From a virus (Duplodnaviria; Heunggongvirae; Uroviricota; Caudoviricetes), in the IMG/VR virus record IMGVR_UViG_3300008108_000037, positions 4,002-68,001 of that record: a DNA stretch of 64,000 nt. One strand, 5' to 3'. A program made the position numbers and the translations under genes. Of the stretch, positions 26,094 through 36,456 are shown one piece after another; positions within the stretch are counted from its first letter, which is position 1; each line of letters begins with the position of its first letter. The notes beneath the pieces were generated by a model. That model did not search any database. It was not told the origin of the DNA and saw only the letters and a list, made by a program, of their open reading frames with translations.

Positions 26094-28574
26094 ATGAAAA
26101 AATATCTCATATTATTTTTTATACTGCTTCCTTTTTTATCTTTTTCTCAAATTAAGTTATCAGGAAAGACCTATTCAAAATCCGAAAAATTATATTTCGT
26201 TCATATAGTAATTAAGGACGCATCACAGAAAGTGATTTCAACGACATCAGACCAAGATGGGAATTATAACATCTCGCTCTCTCAAGGAATATATGATATC
26301 TCAGCAACATATGTTGGATATAAAGATTTTAAAAAGCAAATAGATCTTAATACAGATTCTAATATGGATATCGTGATGGAAGAAAGCATCACAGGATTAA
26401 GCGAGGTTGTTGTCAGATCGGTTCCACAGAAAACAACAGAGATTTCTGTTATTAGAACTCTTAGAAATAGTAGCGTTGTTTCTGATGGAATTGCAATAGA
26501 TTTTATTAAAAAAACCCCAGACAGAAATGTTGGAGATGCACTCAAAAGAGTAAGCGGGGTAACAATACAAAATGATAGATTTGTTTTGGTTAGGGGGTTG
26601 GCAGACAGATACAATTCAGCTTTATTAAATAAAACTCCTTTACCATCAACCGAACCTGATAGGAGAGCATTTTCTTTTGATATTATTCCTACATCTCTTA
26701 TCGATAATATTATTGTTTCCAAATCTGCAGCAGCGAATCTTCCCGGAGATTGGTCTGGTGGACTAGTACAAATCACAACTAAAGAGATCTCTGATAACTT
26801 TCTCAACATCTCATTTGGTGGAAGTGCAGGATTAGTGTCCTCGTTTAAAAATTTTAATGCCGTTGATCCTGTCAATTTTCCATCGTCTTTTCCTTCAACA
26901 TATCGGTACAGAATAAGTGGAAATGGTGATAAAAGAGCATTCACGAAATTGATATCAAATCCATTAATGGAATCATTTACTTCAATCCCCAATTTAAATG
27001 GAGGGATGAGTGCTGGATTTAAATTGGATAAAATTAATGTTCTTCTAAGTTCTACAGTTCGTAACACATATTCTCTTAATTATATAGAAAGGACAGACTA
27101 CCAATCTTCAACTGAATTAGCTTACGATTACAGGGACACTATGTACTCTAAAAGATTTTCTGCAAATGGTCTCTTGAATCTTACCTATTTGGGGAAAAAC
27201 AGATACAGCTGGAAAACCCTATTTAATTATCAAAGCGATGATAGTTATCTTTCAAGAATTGGTCAAAACCTTGATAATGTTCAGGATGTTAGAAGCAATT
27301 CATCCAATCATATTAATAACATTGTAGTCAATTCTCAATTTGACGGAAAAATAAAAACCATAGATTTTAATCTTGGGTATAATTTTATCTTCAGAGAACA
27401 GCCAGATTACAGGGTAAACCCGATTACAAAATCTCTAGGTATAAATGAACCATATGCAACTGCTTGGAGAGACACTTACAGATTTTGGAGTGTTATGGAT
27501 GAGAATTCTTTCAATGGAAATTTAAATAAGGACTTTGGAAAAATCAGGGTTGGCGGAGGGTATCTCAAAAAAATAAGAGGATTCAATGCAAGGGTTTTTA
27601 GGTATCTTTCCACTGATATGCTAGACGAGATCACAAATAATACTGACAGATATAATGCAGAATTTGATCTTGGTAGTTTATATAGCATGTATGAGAATGA
27701 TTTTGGTAAATGGAAATTAAACACTGGATTAAGAGGGGAGTATAACACTTTTGATGTATTAACTGCAGATTTTAGTGGACAAAAGGTAAATGTAAATAGA
27801 GAGTATTTGGATATTTTGCCCTCTCTAAATCTTTCTTATAATCTTGAAAAAACAAAATATAGATTCTCGTTAAGTAAAACCCTTTCTAGACCGGAGTTTA
27901 GAGAGGTTGCTAATTTTGCTTATTATGATTTTATCAGAAATGCCCAACTTTTGGGAAATCCCAAATTAGAAAAATCTGACATTTATAATTTGGATATTAA
28001 ATATGAATTCTATCCAAAAACTGGAGAAAACTTTTTTGTATCATTTTTCGGAAAAAATTTTATAAGACCAATAGAACAGATAGTAGCTGATGGATCAGTA
28101 CCTTCTAATCTATTACTTACTTATACAAATCCAGAGAATGCTATACTCTATGGAATGGAGCTAGAGTTTAGAAAAAAAATAAACGAATGGTTTGATTTTT
28201 ACACAAATGCTTCAATTATGAATTCCGAGGTAGAAATAAATGGCAGAAAGAGACAATTGCAGGGACAATCTAATTATGTTTTAAACGGAGGAATAAATTT
28301 GAACAGAAAAAATAACACACTAAATTTAACTTACAATAGAGTAGGAGACAGAATTTCCGCTGTTGGATTTCAAGGATATCCAGATATCTTTGAAAACAGC
28401 AGAGATGTTCTAGATGTTACATTTCTACATAAAATAAAATCTGGAGAGATCAAAATATCAGTTAGTGATGTGTTCTCCCAACCCTCTGTATACTATCAAA
28501 AGATTTCAAACAGAAATCTTATAAAAACAAATAATGAAAGTATAGTTTCGATATCAATGAATATAAATCTATAA
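26094..28574 (+). CDS. TonB-dependent receptor (Bacteroidota type)
   Basis: Signal peptide, carboxypeptidase-regulatory-like N-domain, plug (DALKRVSGVT...VRGLADRYN), barrel, ends in aromatic/aliphatic strand. Confidence 0.92.
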   Translation: MKKYLILFFILLPFLSFSQIKLSGKTYSKSEKLYFVHIVIKDASQKVISTTSDQDGNYNISLSQGIYDISATYVGYKDFKKQIDLNTDSNMDIVMEESITGLSEVVVRSVPQKTTEISVIRTLRNSSVVSDGIAIDFIKKTPDRNVGDALKRVSGVTIQNDRFVLVRGLADRYNSALLNKTPLPSTEPDRRAFSFDIIPTSLIDNIIVSKSAAANLPGDWSGGLVQITTKEISDNFLNISFGGSAGLVSSFKNFNAVDPVNFPSSFPSTYRYRISGNGDKRAFTKLISNPLMESFTSIPNLNGGMSAGFKLDKINVLLSSTVRNTYSLNYIERTDYQSSTELAYDYRDTMYSKRFSANGLLNLTYLGKNRYSWKTLFNYQSDDSYLSRIGQNLDNVQDVRSNSSNHINNIVVNSQFDGKIKTIDFNLGYNFIFREQPDYRVNPITKSLGINEPYATAWRDTYRFWSVMDENSFNGNLNKDFGKIRVGGGYLKKIRGFNARVFRYLSTDMLDEITNNTDRYNAEFDLGSLYSMYENDFGKWKLNTGLRGEYNTFDVLTADFSGQKVNVNREYLDILPSLNLSYNLEKTKYRFSLSKTLSRPEFREVANFAYYDFIRNAQLLGNPKLEKSDIYNLDIKYEFYPKTGENFFVSFFGKNFIRPIEQIVADGSVPSNLLLTYTNPENAILYGMELEFRKKINEWFDFYTNASIMNSEVEINGRKRQLQGQSNYVLNGGINLNRKNNTLNLTYNRVGDRISAVGFQGYPDIFENSRDVLDVTFLHKIKSGEIKISVSDVFSQPSVYYQKISNRNLIKTNNESIVSISMNINL

Positions 28575-28576
28575 AA

Positions 28577-29779
28577 ATGAAAAATTTACTGTTGCTATTT
28601 TTAGCTTTTCTATCGTTTGGATGCTCAAAAGATTTGGGTGGAATAGACGACCCTATCAATGTTCCTCTTACAACTACTTTGAGCGGAACGTACAATGAAA
28701 CGATAACCTTAACATCCGATAAGGTGTGGACTCTAAAAGGTTATGTTTACATCACAAACGGATCTAGGTTAGTAATTCAACCAGGAACAACGATCATCTC
28801 AGATGTTGCAGAAAAAGGAGCACTTTGTATAGAAAGGGGTGCACAAATAATTGCGGACGGAACTCCATCAAAACCAATTGTATTTACATCAGGTAAACCG
28901 GAGGGGCAAAGAGCACCTGGTGACTGGGGAGGAATTGTTATACTAGGTATGGCAAGAACAAATCGTTCATCTGAACCAACTATAGAAGGAGGTATCGGAA
29001 GAGCTTATGGAGGAACTTTAGATAATGATAATAGTGGGATTCTTCGTTATGTAAGAATTGAATACGCAGGTATTGCAGCAATGCCAAATTCTGAAATTAA
29101 TGCATTAACATTAGGCGGTGTTGGCAGCGGAACAATCATTGAAAATGTTCAAACCATTTACGCCAATGATGATGCTTTTGAATTCTTCGGTGGAACTGTT
29201 TCACCTAAAAACCTATATGCATTTGCAACTGCGGATGATGATTATGATTTTGATTTTGGATACACAGGTACAGTAACAAACGGTGTTTCAAAAAGAGACC
29301 CACAATTTGTGGACAATGGCGATGCTGGGAACGGTGTTGAATGTGATAATGATGGCACGGGTTCTCCTGCTCAGCCCTTCACACACCCTAAATTAAATGG
29401 TATGATATTAATCGGACCGTTCGATGCAACTTCATTAGCAAATCATAATCTGGGTTTAAGGTGGAGAAGAGCAACACAATTTACAATGACAAACTCTAAA
29501 GTATTGGGCTATCAAAAAGGAGGATTCTCCATTGAAAGCAACGAAACTGCACAAGCATACAAAGACGGGGTTTCTAAATTCCAAAACAATGAAATTCAGT
29601 CTTTTGATCCACTTCAAAACTTTAGGTCAACCTCGACAGTATTTACCGCAGTCCAAATGAAAGAAAAAGCATTAGGTGAAGGTAATGTTGAAAAAAATTA
29701 CACAAAAGCGGAATTGGAAGCACTTTCCAAACCCGTGTGGAGCAACGGGTGGACCAGATTCCCATCGAAGGGAAATTAA
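28577..29779 (+). CDS. lipoprotein with parallel beta-helix fold, partner of the TBDR
   Basis: Lipobox FGC; GAPGDWGG, DNSGILRYVRIEYAG, INALTLGGVGSGT, DDAFEFFGG motifs. Confidence 0.85.
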   Translation: MKNLLLLFLAFLSFGCSKDLGGIDDPINVPLTTTLSGTYNETITLTSDKVWTLKGYVYITNGSRLVIQPGTTIISDVAEKGALCIERGAQIIADGTPSKPIVFTSGKPEGQRAPGDWGGIVILGMARTNRSSEPTIEGGIGRAYGGTLDNDNSGILRYVRIEYAGIAAMPNSEINALTLGGVGSGTIIENVQTIYANDDAFEFFGGTVSPKNLYAFATADDDYDFDFGYTGTVTNGVSKRDPQFVDNGDAGNGVECDNDGTGSPAQPFTHPKLNGMILIGPFDATSLANHNLGLRWRRATQFTMTNSKVLGYQKGGFSIESNETAQAYKDGVSKFQNNEIQSFDPLQNFRSTSTVFTAVQMKEKALGEGNVEKNYTKAELEALSKPVWSNGWTRFPSKGN

Positions 29780-29809
29780 TAAATATATAGACCATATAAA
29801 ATTTTCTAT

Positions 29810-29974
29810 ATGAAATGGAGGGATCTTAAAAACCTATCTCCTGAGGAGAGAAAAGAAATGAGAAGAGCAGTTGCAAAAACAACAAGTGATCAAATTTCTT
29901 ATCTAAAAAAAATTCAGGAAGCTAAAAAATTAGAGGAAGAAATCCAAGGATCCATCGAAGAGGAAGAGGAATAG
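29810..29974 (+). CDS. small charged protein (54 aa)
   Basis: Read manually: MKWRDLKNLSPEERKEMRRA... Confidence 0.55.
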   Translation: MKWRDLKNLSPEERKEMRRAVAKTTSDQISYLKKIQEAKKLEEEIQGSIEEEEE

Positions 29975-30006
29975 CGCGTATTCGCGAAGCTCGATATATA
30001 AGGGAT

Positions 30007-30213
30007 ATGAAAGACGAAAAGTTTATCAATCCCTTTTTAAGTGGGGAAAAAAATCCAAATTCAAAATTAACGGAAGCAGAGGTCCAGGAAATTAGAAAGA
30101 TTTACAAATCTGGATCAATCACTATGATTCAATTAGCTGAAAAATTCGGTGTTTCCCGAAGGAGCATTTCAGCAATTATCAATAAAGACAGATGGAAACA
30201 TCTTGAATCCTAA
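30007..30213 (+). CDS. stand-alone HTH DNA-binding protein (homing-endonuclease C-terminal type)
   Basis: GEKNPNSKLTEAEVQEIR...LAEKFGVSRRSISAII..W. Confidence 0.75.
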   Translation: MKDEKFINPFLSGEKNPNSKLTEAEVQEIRKIYKSGSITMIQLAEKFGVSRRSISAIINKDRWKHLES

Positions 30214-30224
30214 AAAACAAGTTT

Positions 30225-31907
30225 ATGTATATTCTAGGGATATCTGCTTTTTATCACGATTCTGCAGCTTGTCTATACAAGAACTCTACCTTATTGGGAG
30301 CTGCTGAGGAGGAAAGATTCACAGGAATTAAAGGCGACAGTTCGTTTCCTGCGAGAACAATAGAATGGCTTCTTAAATCTAATGGCCTAAAAATCTCTGA
30401 CATAGCAGTTGTTTGTTGGTACGAGAATCCAGATTTAAAAAGAAAAAGGGTTCTAGAAACATTTAAACGTAAACCACTTAAGAACGCGAAAAGAATTTTC
30501 AATTACATTCTTAACGATCAGAACTGGAACATAGAGAAAATTTTAAGAAGAGAAATAGGATTTAAAAAAAGAATCCATGTGGTGAATCACCATCTTTCTC
30601 ACGCTTGCTTGGCATATTTTACCTCACCTTTTGATGAATGTACAGTGGTAACAGTGGATGGTGTAGGAGAGAAAGAAACCCTTACGATTTCTAAAGCTTT
30701 TCATAATGTCATAAAGAAACTTAAATCTATTGAATATCCACATTCCCTAGGATTGTTTTATTCAGCATTCACAGCATTTCTTGGATTCAAGCCAAATGAA
30801 GGAGAATATAAGGTTATGGGACTTGCTGCTTACGGAGACCCCGCGTTTTATTATGATATAATAAAGAACATGATCTCTTTTAATGGGGGTCAACTTGAAG
30901 TTGATATGGATCTTTTTTCCTGGGATTATTCGGACAAAACAATGTTTAGCTGGAAGTTAATCGAATCCTTGGGAATAGATCCAAGAAACCCTGATGATAA
31001 ATCCATATCACCTCAATATAAGCACATAGCTGCTGCAGTTCAGGATGTTTATGAACAAACATTATTTGAGATCATAAATCACAGCTACGAGCTTAATATG
31101 AGCAATAATTTATGTCTAGGCGGGGGTTGCGCCTATAACGGTTTGGCAAACGCCAAAATTTCTAAACACACTCCTTATAAGAAGGTGTGGATTCCACTTT
31201 CTCCCTCCGACGGGGGATCTTCTATCGGAGCGTGTCTCCATTACATTAACGTGGTGAAGGGACAAAAAAGGAAAGGACCAATAGATCCGTATCAGGGTCC
31301 TTCGTTTAAGGGAACTGACACAATTAAAGTTTTAGAAAAATATAAAATTCTAATTTCTTTTGAGCACTTAGAAACCCCTCAAATAATAGAATCCGCAGCA
31401 AAGCTTCTGAATCATGGTAAAGTTATTGGATGGTTTCAGGGAAGAATGGAATTTGGATCAAGGGCTTTAGGAAATAGATCCATCCTAGCTTCTCCACTTG
31501 TCCCAGATATGCAAAATAGAATTAATTCGGTGATCAAGAAGAGGGAAATGTTTAGACCTTTTGCTCCTTCCGTAATATTGGAAGAGTCTAATAAATATTT
31601 TGAAATTGAGGACCCAATACCATATATGAATATGGTAGTAAAAGTTAAACCAGGACACACGCTTCCTGCAATAACCCACGTTGATGGAACGGCAAGGGTA
31701 CAGACAGTTGTTCAATTTGATAATCCTAGATTTTATAGACTTCTAAAGAGATTTGGGGACCTTTCTGGAGTACCAATTTTACTTAACACCTCCTTTAATT
31801 TTAAAGATCAAACGATAACTCTAAGCCCAGAGGATGCCGTGATAAGATTCCTGGATTCTGATATGGATCATCTGGTTATAGATAATTTTTTGATATCTAA
31901 AAAATAG
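30225..31907 (+). CDS. carbamoyltransferase (NodU/CmcH family)
   Basis: ILGISAFYHDSAA, EERF, HHLSHA, DGVGE, EYKVMGLAAYG, GGCAYN, EFGSRALGNRSIL, LNTSFN. Confidence 0.95.
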   Translation: MYILGISAFYHDSAACLYKNSTLLGAAEEERFTGIKGDSSFPARTIEWLLKSNGLKISDIAVVCWYENPDLKRKRVLETFKRKPLKNAKRIFNYILNDQNWNIEKILRREIGFKKRIHVVNHHLSHACLAYFTSPFDECTVVTVDGVGEKETLTISKAFHNVIKKLKSIEYPHSLGLFYSAFTAFLGFKPNEGEYKVMGLAAYGDPAFYYDIIKNMISFNGGQLEVDMDLFSWDYSDKTMFSWKLIESLGIDPRNPDDKSISPQYKHIAAAVQDVYEQTLFEIINHSYELNMSNNLCLGGGCAYNGLANAKISKHTPYKKVWIPLSPSDGGSSIGACLHYINVVKGQKRKGPIDPYQGPSFKGTDTIKVLEKYKILISFEHLETPQIIESAAKLLNHGKVIGWFQGRMEFGSRALGNRSILASPLVPDMQNRINSVIKKREMFRPFAPSVILEESNKYFEIEDPIPYMNMVVKVKPGHTLPAITHVDGTARVQTVVQFDNPRFYRLLKRFGDLSGVPILLNTSFNFKDQTITLSPEDAVIRFLDSDMDHLVIDNFLISKK

Positions 31908-31948
31908 AAACAATTTTTTAAAAATATACTAAATAATATATACAGATT

Positions 31949-32143
31949 ATGTTAATTATAGATTGTAGCAAATATAATTCGATAGATCAGGCTTTAAAAG
32001 TGCTGAAAAACAAGGTGTCTAAAACAAATCTTGTTAAGCAACTGAGGGACAGACAAACTTATACAAAGCCTTCCGTGGTTAGGAGAAAAGAAGTTCTTGA
32101 TGCTATTTATAAGGAAAGCAAGATGAACTCTTTCGATAAATAA
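31949..32143 (+). CDS. rpsU: 30S ribosomal protein bS21 (Bacteroidota type)
   Basis: MLII...IDQALK..K.K..KT.....LRDRQTYTKPSVVRR pattern. Confidence 0.88.
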   Translation: MLIIDCSKYNSIDQALKVLKNKVSKTNLVKQLRDRQTYTKPSVVRRKEVLDAIYKESKMNSFDK

Positions 32144-32169
32144 TTTTTTTGACCACTAAAAATTGAAAA

Positions 32170-32457
32170 ATGAGCAGCGCCTCTACCAAGGAAAGATGTG
32201 TAATGTGCTCCAAATTAACCGACTATGACATTACAACGCATATAGACCTGAGACATGGCTATGTGGAAGGGATGGGACAGCTTTGTTTCAGCTGTTATAC
32301 AGGATCATCTAGGAACTCCATATCAGTTGACGAAAGAACAATAATGGATACTCCAAATGATATGGAGCTTGGAAGTAAGATAAGAAGGGTTTTTTATGAG
32401 GCAAAGGGAGTACCTATGCCTAAAGATCCCAAATGGGAAAAAATATCCATCCGATAA
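32170..32457 (+). CDS. Zn-finger hypothetical protein
   Basis: CxxC...HIDLRHGYVEGMGQLCxxC. Confidence 0.7.
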   Translation: MSSASTKERCVMCSKLTDYDITTHIDLRHGYVEGMGQLCFSCYTGSSRNSISVDERTIMDTPNDMELGSKIRRVFYEAKGVPMPKDPKWEKISIR

Positions 32458-32465
32458 ATAGATCG

Positions 32466-33629
32466 ATGGTAGATAAAAATTTGTCTAAACAAAATTCTGG
32501 ATTCTTAAGTAAATTTGTCCGCGGACACTGGTTTATAAATGAATCAGGAACTGTGGATATAGAAGGGGATTTCGATTGTTCCAGCGGATTAACTGAGGAT
32601 CAATTAAAACTGCCTAAAATAAAGATCAGGAGAGTGAGCGGAGATTTTAACTGCTCTAATAATAGTCTGGAGTCCTTAGAAAATTGTCCTCAAGAGATTG
32701 GGGGATCTTTTAGGTGTTATTCTAATAAGATAAAAAACCTAAAGCATTCCCCAAAAAAAGTGGGATTAAATTTTGATTGTACTAGAAATCAGATAGATTC
32801 CCTACAAGGTTGCACTGAAATAATCTATGGTAACTTTTCGTGTGATTTTAATCTTCTTAGGGATTTATCAGGGTCTCCACTTTTGGTCGATGGGGATTTT
32901 AGAGTTTCCAATAATTTAATAGAATCTCTTGAAGGATGTCCACAGGAAATAAAGGGATCTTTTTATTGTGACGGAAACAATCTCGACACTCTAGAGTGTG
33001 GGCCACAAACAGTTGGAAAAATTTATGATTGTTCAGGAAATAATTTAAAAGATCTCTCGGGATCTCCTGATGAAATCAATGGAAAATTTATTTGCTCAAA
33101 TAACAAACTTGTTTCTCTCTCCGGTTCCCCTAGAAAAATCATAGGTGATTTTATATGTAGCAATAATTTCTTGGTTGACCTTGACGGATCACCTGAGATA
33201 TTAGGTTCCGGATTTAATTTTTCAAATAACCTTGTAAACTCCTTGTACGGTGTTCCTAAAATGAATTCTGAAATGGTTGTGTGTTCTGGAAATGTTGTTT
33301 CGGAAAGAACCCTTAATTCATTATTAAAAGAGGTTTGTTCTGGAATCCCTTTCCATGTTTCTCTTGCTCTTTTTTGGGAATCGATAGATTATAGGGACCA
33401 GGAGCATTTAAGTCTTTATCTGGATCATATTAAAGTTTCTGAATATATTTTTAAAAATTTTTCAGGAGATCCTGCAAGGATAACTAAAATATACGACCAC
33501 CTTCCAGTGCACATTAAAAGTAAAGTTATAAAAGAGATATCTAAAATGGGGAATAAAAACGGATCTTTTGAAAGATCTCTTGAAAACATTTCATCCCTAG
33601 TAGACTCTGGTTTATTTGATGATATATAA
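32466..33629 (+). CDS. leucine-rich-repeat-like protein
   Basis: About ten 22-aa repeats GDFxCSxNxLxSLxGxP; ends DSGLFDDI. Confidence 0.85.
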   Translation: MVDKNLSKQNSGFLSKFVRGHWFINESGTVDIEGDFDCSSGLTEDQLKLPKIKIRRVSGDFNCSNNSLESLENCPQEIGGSFRCYSNKIKNLKHSPKKVGLNFDCTRNQIDSLQGCTEIIYGNFSCDFNLLRDLSGSPLLVDGDFRVSNNLIESLEGCPQEIKGSFYCDGNNLDTLECGPQTVGKIYDCSGNNLKDLSGSPDEINGKFICSNNKLVSLSGSPRKIIGDFICSNNFLVDLDGSPEILGSGFNFSNNLVNSLYGVPKMNSEMVVCSGNVVSERTLNSLLKEVCSGIPFHVSLALFWESIDYRDQEHLSLYLDHIKVSEYIFKNFSGDPARITKIYDHLPVHIKSKVIKEISKMGNKNGSFERSLENISSLVDSGLFDDI

Positions 33630-33632
33630 TTC

Positions 33633-34226
33633 GTGAAGCATTTAAAAAATTTCTCCATTTTTGAGGGTGATAGCTCCGGATTCTCTAGGAAGACCCGGGA
33701 CATTTTTGACATCTGGAACAATTACAGATTACAGGGTCCGCTTTTGGTAAATCTCGATAGATCTTATTTTGATACCCTTGATTGGGTGAAAGAAGATATA
33801 GTAGATAAACCCGACGATCATGTTGTAATTTGGTCCGTTACTGCAGAGGATGATGACGGATTTTTCTGGGGGTCTGATCAAGCAGTTATTGATGATCACT
33901 ACGATGAAGACGTAGATTTTTCACAGGTTGAGGTTTTTGGTGACGATTTTTTTATCAATCAAATAAAAAATGCATTCGAAGAAAAGGGATTTGTATTTGA
34001 TTTAGACAAAAGAAATATTCTTAAAACCGATGCATCAGAAGAGGAGATAGGGGAAATTTTTCCAAGAAGCTTGGAGTACCTCGGAATGGGCAAGCAAGGA
34101 CAATTCATTATGGATGGTTATATTATCAATCCCGTCTATACCATTAGATTTGACATCCAGGGAGCGGATTTCAGTTATATCTACATTAAGAATGGGGATG
34201 GCAGCAGGTTCTGGTCAGTAATTTAA
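33633..34226 (+). CDS. putative internal head protein
   Basis: GTG start, MKHLKNFSIFE; GATATATAA box 3 nt upstream. Confidence 0.75.
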   Translation: MKHLKNFSIFEGDSSGFSRKTRDIFDIWNNYRLQGPLLVNLDRSYFDTLDWVKEDIVDKPDDHVVIWSVTAEDDDGFFWGSDQAVIDDHYDEDVDFSQVEVFGDDFFINQIKNAFEEKGFVFDLDKRNILKTDASEEEIGEIFPRSLEYLGMGKQGQFIMDGYIINPVYTIRFDIQGADFSYIYIKNGDGSRFWSVI

Positions 34227-34423
34227 GACCTTCTTTCCTCAATCATAGAGCTTATTTTTAGAATCAATTCCTCGTTTTCTACAATTTCCTCATTATCGTC
34301 ATAAACATCTATAGAGAAATATCCGCTATAAAAATCCTCTATCACCAGTGCTGTGTAGCACTTTCCATCATCCATCTCTACATTATAAGTCAGGTCGGTT
34401 TGCATTAATTGAACAAAGGCCAT
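34223..34423 (-). CDS. hypothetical protein
   Basis: ORF track. Confidence 0.6.
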   Translation of the reverse strand: MAFVQLMQTDLTYNVEMDDGKCYTALVIEDFYSGYFSIDVYDDNEEIVENEELILKISSMIEERRS

Positions 34424-34482
34424 AAAAAAACGATTAGTGTTTCTAATCGTTTTAGTCTTTCTTGTAAAGAAGTGTCCGGAAA

Positions 34483-34797
34483 TTATTTCTTAGCCTTCTT
34501 TGCTTTTGTAGGAGGTACTTCTGCCTTAGCCTTTTTAGCAGCGGGCTTCTTTGCAACTTCCTTTTTTGTGCTTCTGGAAGCTTTCTTAGCAGCTACAACT
34601 TCAACTATAACATCGGATTTTAGAATCTCCTGGGCTACAGCATCTTGTGTAATTTCTACCTTTACTTCTTCTACGACAGGAAGTTCTGGAGCTTTTTCTG
34701 CAGGAAGCTTTAGTGAATCGGCTTTTACCTTTTTAAATTGCTTTACTAAAAAGTAAACTCCGACAGCTACAGCAGCAAGTAATAATAATAATTTCAT
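34483..34797 (-). CDS. membrane-anchored protein with histone-H1-like Ala/Lys/Pro tail
   Basis: N-terminal TM; KPAAKKAKAEVPPTKAKKAKK. Confidence 0.75.
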   Translation of the reverse strand: MKLLLLLAAVAVGVYFLVKQFKKVKADSLKLPAEKAPELPVVEEVKVEITQDAVAQEILKSDVIVEVVAAKKASRSTKKEVAKKPAAKKAKAEVPPTKAKKAKK

Positions 34798-34893
34798 GTT
34801 TTTTAATTATTTCCTTTATATATCAGAAATTCCCTGCTTTTTTTGGGTACTTTTAAGTTTTTAGACTAAAATAAAAGAACCAAATAGTCTCAA

Positions 34894-35580
34894 ATGAAGC
34901 TAGATTATAAATTAATAAAGGGGAATCTTATCGAGGTTTATCCCAAAATATTTGCGGTTTCTATTAAAAATGACTATGATCGTGCCATGTTATTTTGCAG
35001 ATACCAGGAGTTTTATGAATCTCCCTTCAAAGAAATACGGGGAAAGCATTTCTCTCTAGAGTATTATATGTGGGTTTACACAAAGCAGAGAAAAAGTGAA
35101 CTGTTTACATATCCTAGGGATTGGTCAGGATACAACATTCCGTCAGGAATCGTGGAAAAAGCTTTGGATGTTTTTTACTACAGAAACACTCCCTCCCCCT
35201 ACGATACAATCATGAAAGACATCTATTTCCAATGTGAAAATCATCCCCTAAAATCCGGAAATCCTAGATCCAAGTGGTACTTGTTAGGTGCAGATAGTTA
35301 CAAATCCCAAACCATGGATCACGAGATTGCTCATGGGATGTATTATACAAATAAATCATATAAGAAATCAGTCAAAGAACTAATATCAACTATAAAATCC
35401 AAGGACTATACTTTTCTTTGCAAAAATCTAATCAAATTGGGATATGCAAATGATAAAAAAATACTGGATGATGAAATACAAGCATTTCTTTCAACTGGTC
35501 TTTATAAAACATTTGACACAAAGGAGATCAAAAAGTACTCCGATGATTTTGTAAACAATTTTAATGAATATAAAAAATAA
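34894..35580 (+). CDS. HExxH metallopeptidase-like protein
   Basis: MDHEIAHG motif. Confidence 0.65.
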   Translation: MKLDYKLIKGNLIEVYPKIFAVSIKNDYDRAMLFCRYQEFYESPFKEIRGKHFSLEYYMWVYTKQRKSELFTYPRDWSGYNIPSGIVEKALDVFYYRNTPSPYDTIMKDIYFQCENHPLKSGNPRSKWYLLGADSYKSQTMDHEIAHGMYYTNKSYKKSVKELISTIKSKDYTFLCKNLIKLGYANDKKILDDEIQAFLSTGLYKTFDTKEIKKYSDDFVNNFNEYKK

Positions 35581-35581
35581 A

Positions 35582-36265
35582 ATGCTACAAGAAAAATTTT
35601 ATACGCTGGGAGGCAATCTAATGTCTTTTGAAAATGTAGATTTTGACCAGACCCAATCAGATGTTGAATATAAATATGGTTGGGAAGCATGTATGTACTG
35701 GTGTGCTTTTAAGAACGAAGAACTTTCATTACATCCAGATTGCTCTGTGAAAGCTGGGGATGTATTTGTAGATCTTGGTGCCAACATAGGAATGTCATCT
35801 AGGTATGCGGAAAGAATCGGAGCCAAAGAAATCCATTGTTTCGAACCCGATCCGAGAGTTTTCGGATGTCTTGAAAAAAATAAAGGTGATAATTGGAAAA
35901 TCTACAACAAAGCAATTTCAGAGATTAGGGGAAAATTCGAAATAGGTTTATGGCCAGAAATAAAAGAATTTGTGGAAGTTGAATCAGTTAGTCTAAAAGA
36001 TGTTTTTTCGATATGTGGATTGGAGAAGATTGATTTTCTTAAGGTTGATGTTGAGGGATGCGAAAGATCCATGTTCAATAGAGTAACTGATGAAGAATTA
36101 AGAAAGATAGATCGGATTTTTGTCGAATGGCATAAAATCGATGGAATAACGGAAAATGCAAACGAGAAATTCAGAGATGCCTTTATGAATAGGTTTAATC
36201 AAGCAGGATATAATGCTTTTGTTTATCTCGGATACCAGGATTTAATTTATTTCTGGAGGATTTAG
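35582..36265 (+). CDS. FkbM-family methyltransferase
   Basis: VFVDLGANIG, CFEPD, IDFLKVDVEGCE. Confidence 0.9.
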   Translation: MLQEKFYTLGGNLMSFENVDFDQTQSDVEYKYGWEACMYWCAFKNEELSLHPDCSVKAGDVFVDLGANIGMSSRYAERIGAKEIHCFEPDPRVFGCLEKNKGDNWKIYNKAISEIRGKFEIGLWPEIKEFVEVESVSLKDVFSICGLEKIDFLKVDVEGCERSMFNRVTDEELRKIDRIFVEWHKIDGITENANEKFRDAFMNRFNQAGYNAFVYLGYQDLIYFWRI

Positions 36266-36315
36266 AACCATCAAAAATGTGAGATTTTCTGAATATATAA
36301 AAGAAAAACTCATAT

Positions 36316-36447
36316 ATGGCAAAGGGTAAAGGTTCTTCTGAAAAAAGAAACAAAGTAACGTTCGGAAAGAGAAAGGGCGGTAAGGCTCAAAAATCTTTTA
36401 ACAAAAGTGATCGCAAAGAAAGAAACTATAGGGGTCAAGGAAGATAA
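36316..36447 (+). CDS. small highly basic protein ending YRGQGR (43 aa)
   Basis: Read manually: MAKGKGSSEKRNKVTFGKRKGGKAQKSFNKSDRKERNYRGQGR; GAATATATAA box upstream. Confidence 0.75.
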   Translation: MAKGKGSSEKRNKVTFGKRKGGKAQKSFNKSDRKERNYRGQGR

Positions 36448-36456
36448 TTAAAATAT

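Noticed and set aside
26282-27067. Long antisense ORFs (also 42922-43476, 34409-34756, 2889-3251, 24235-24555)
   Set aside because: Shadows of well-supported genes on the opposite strand.
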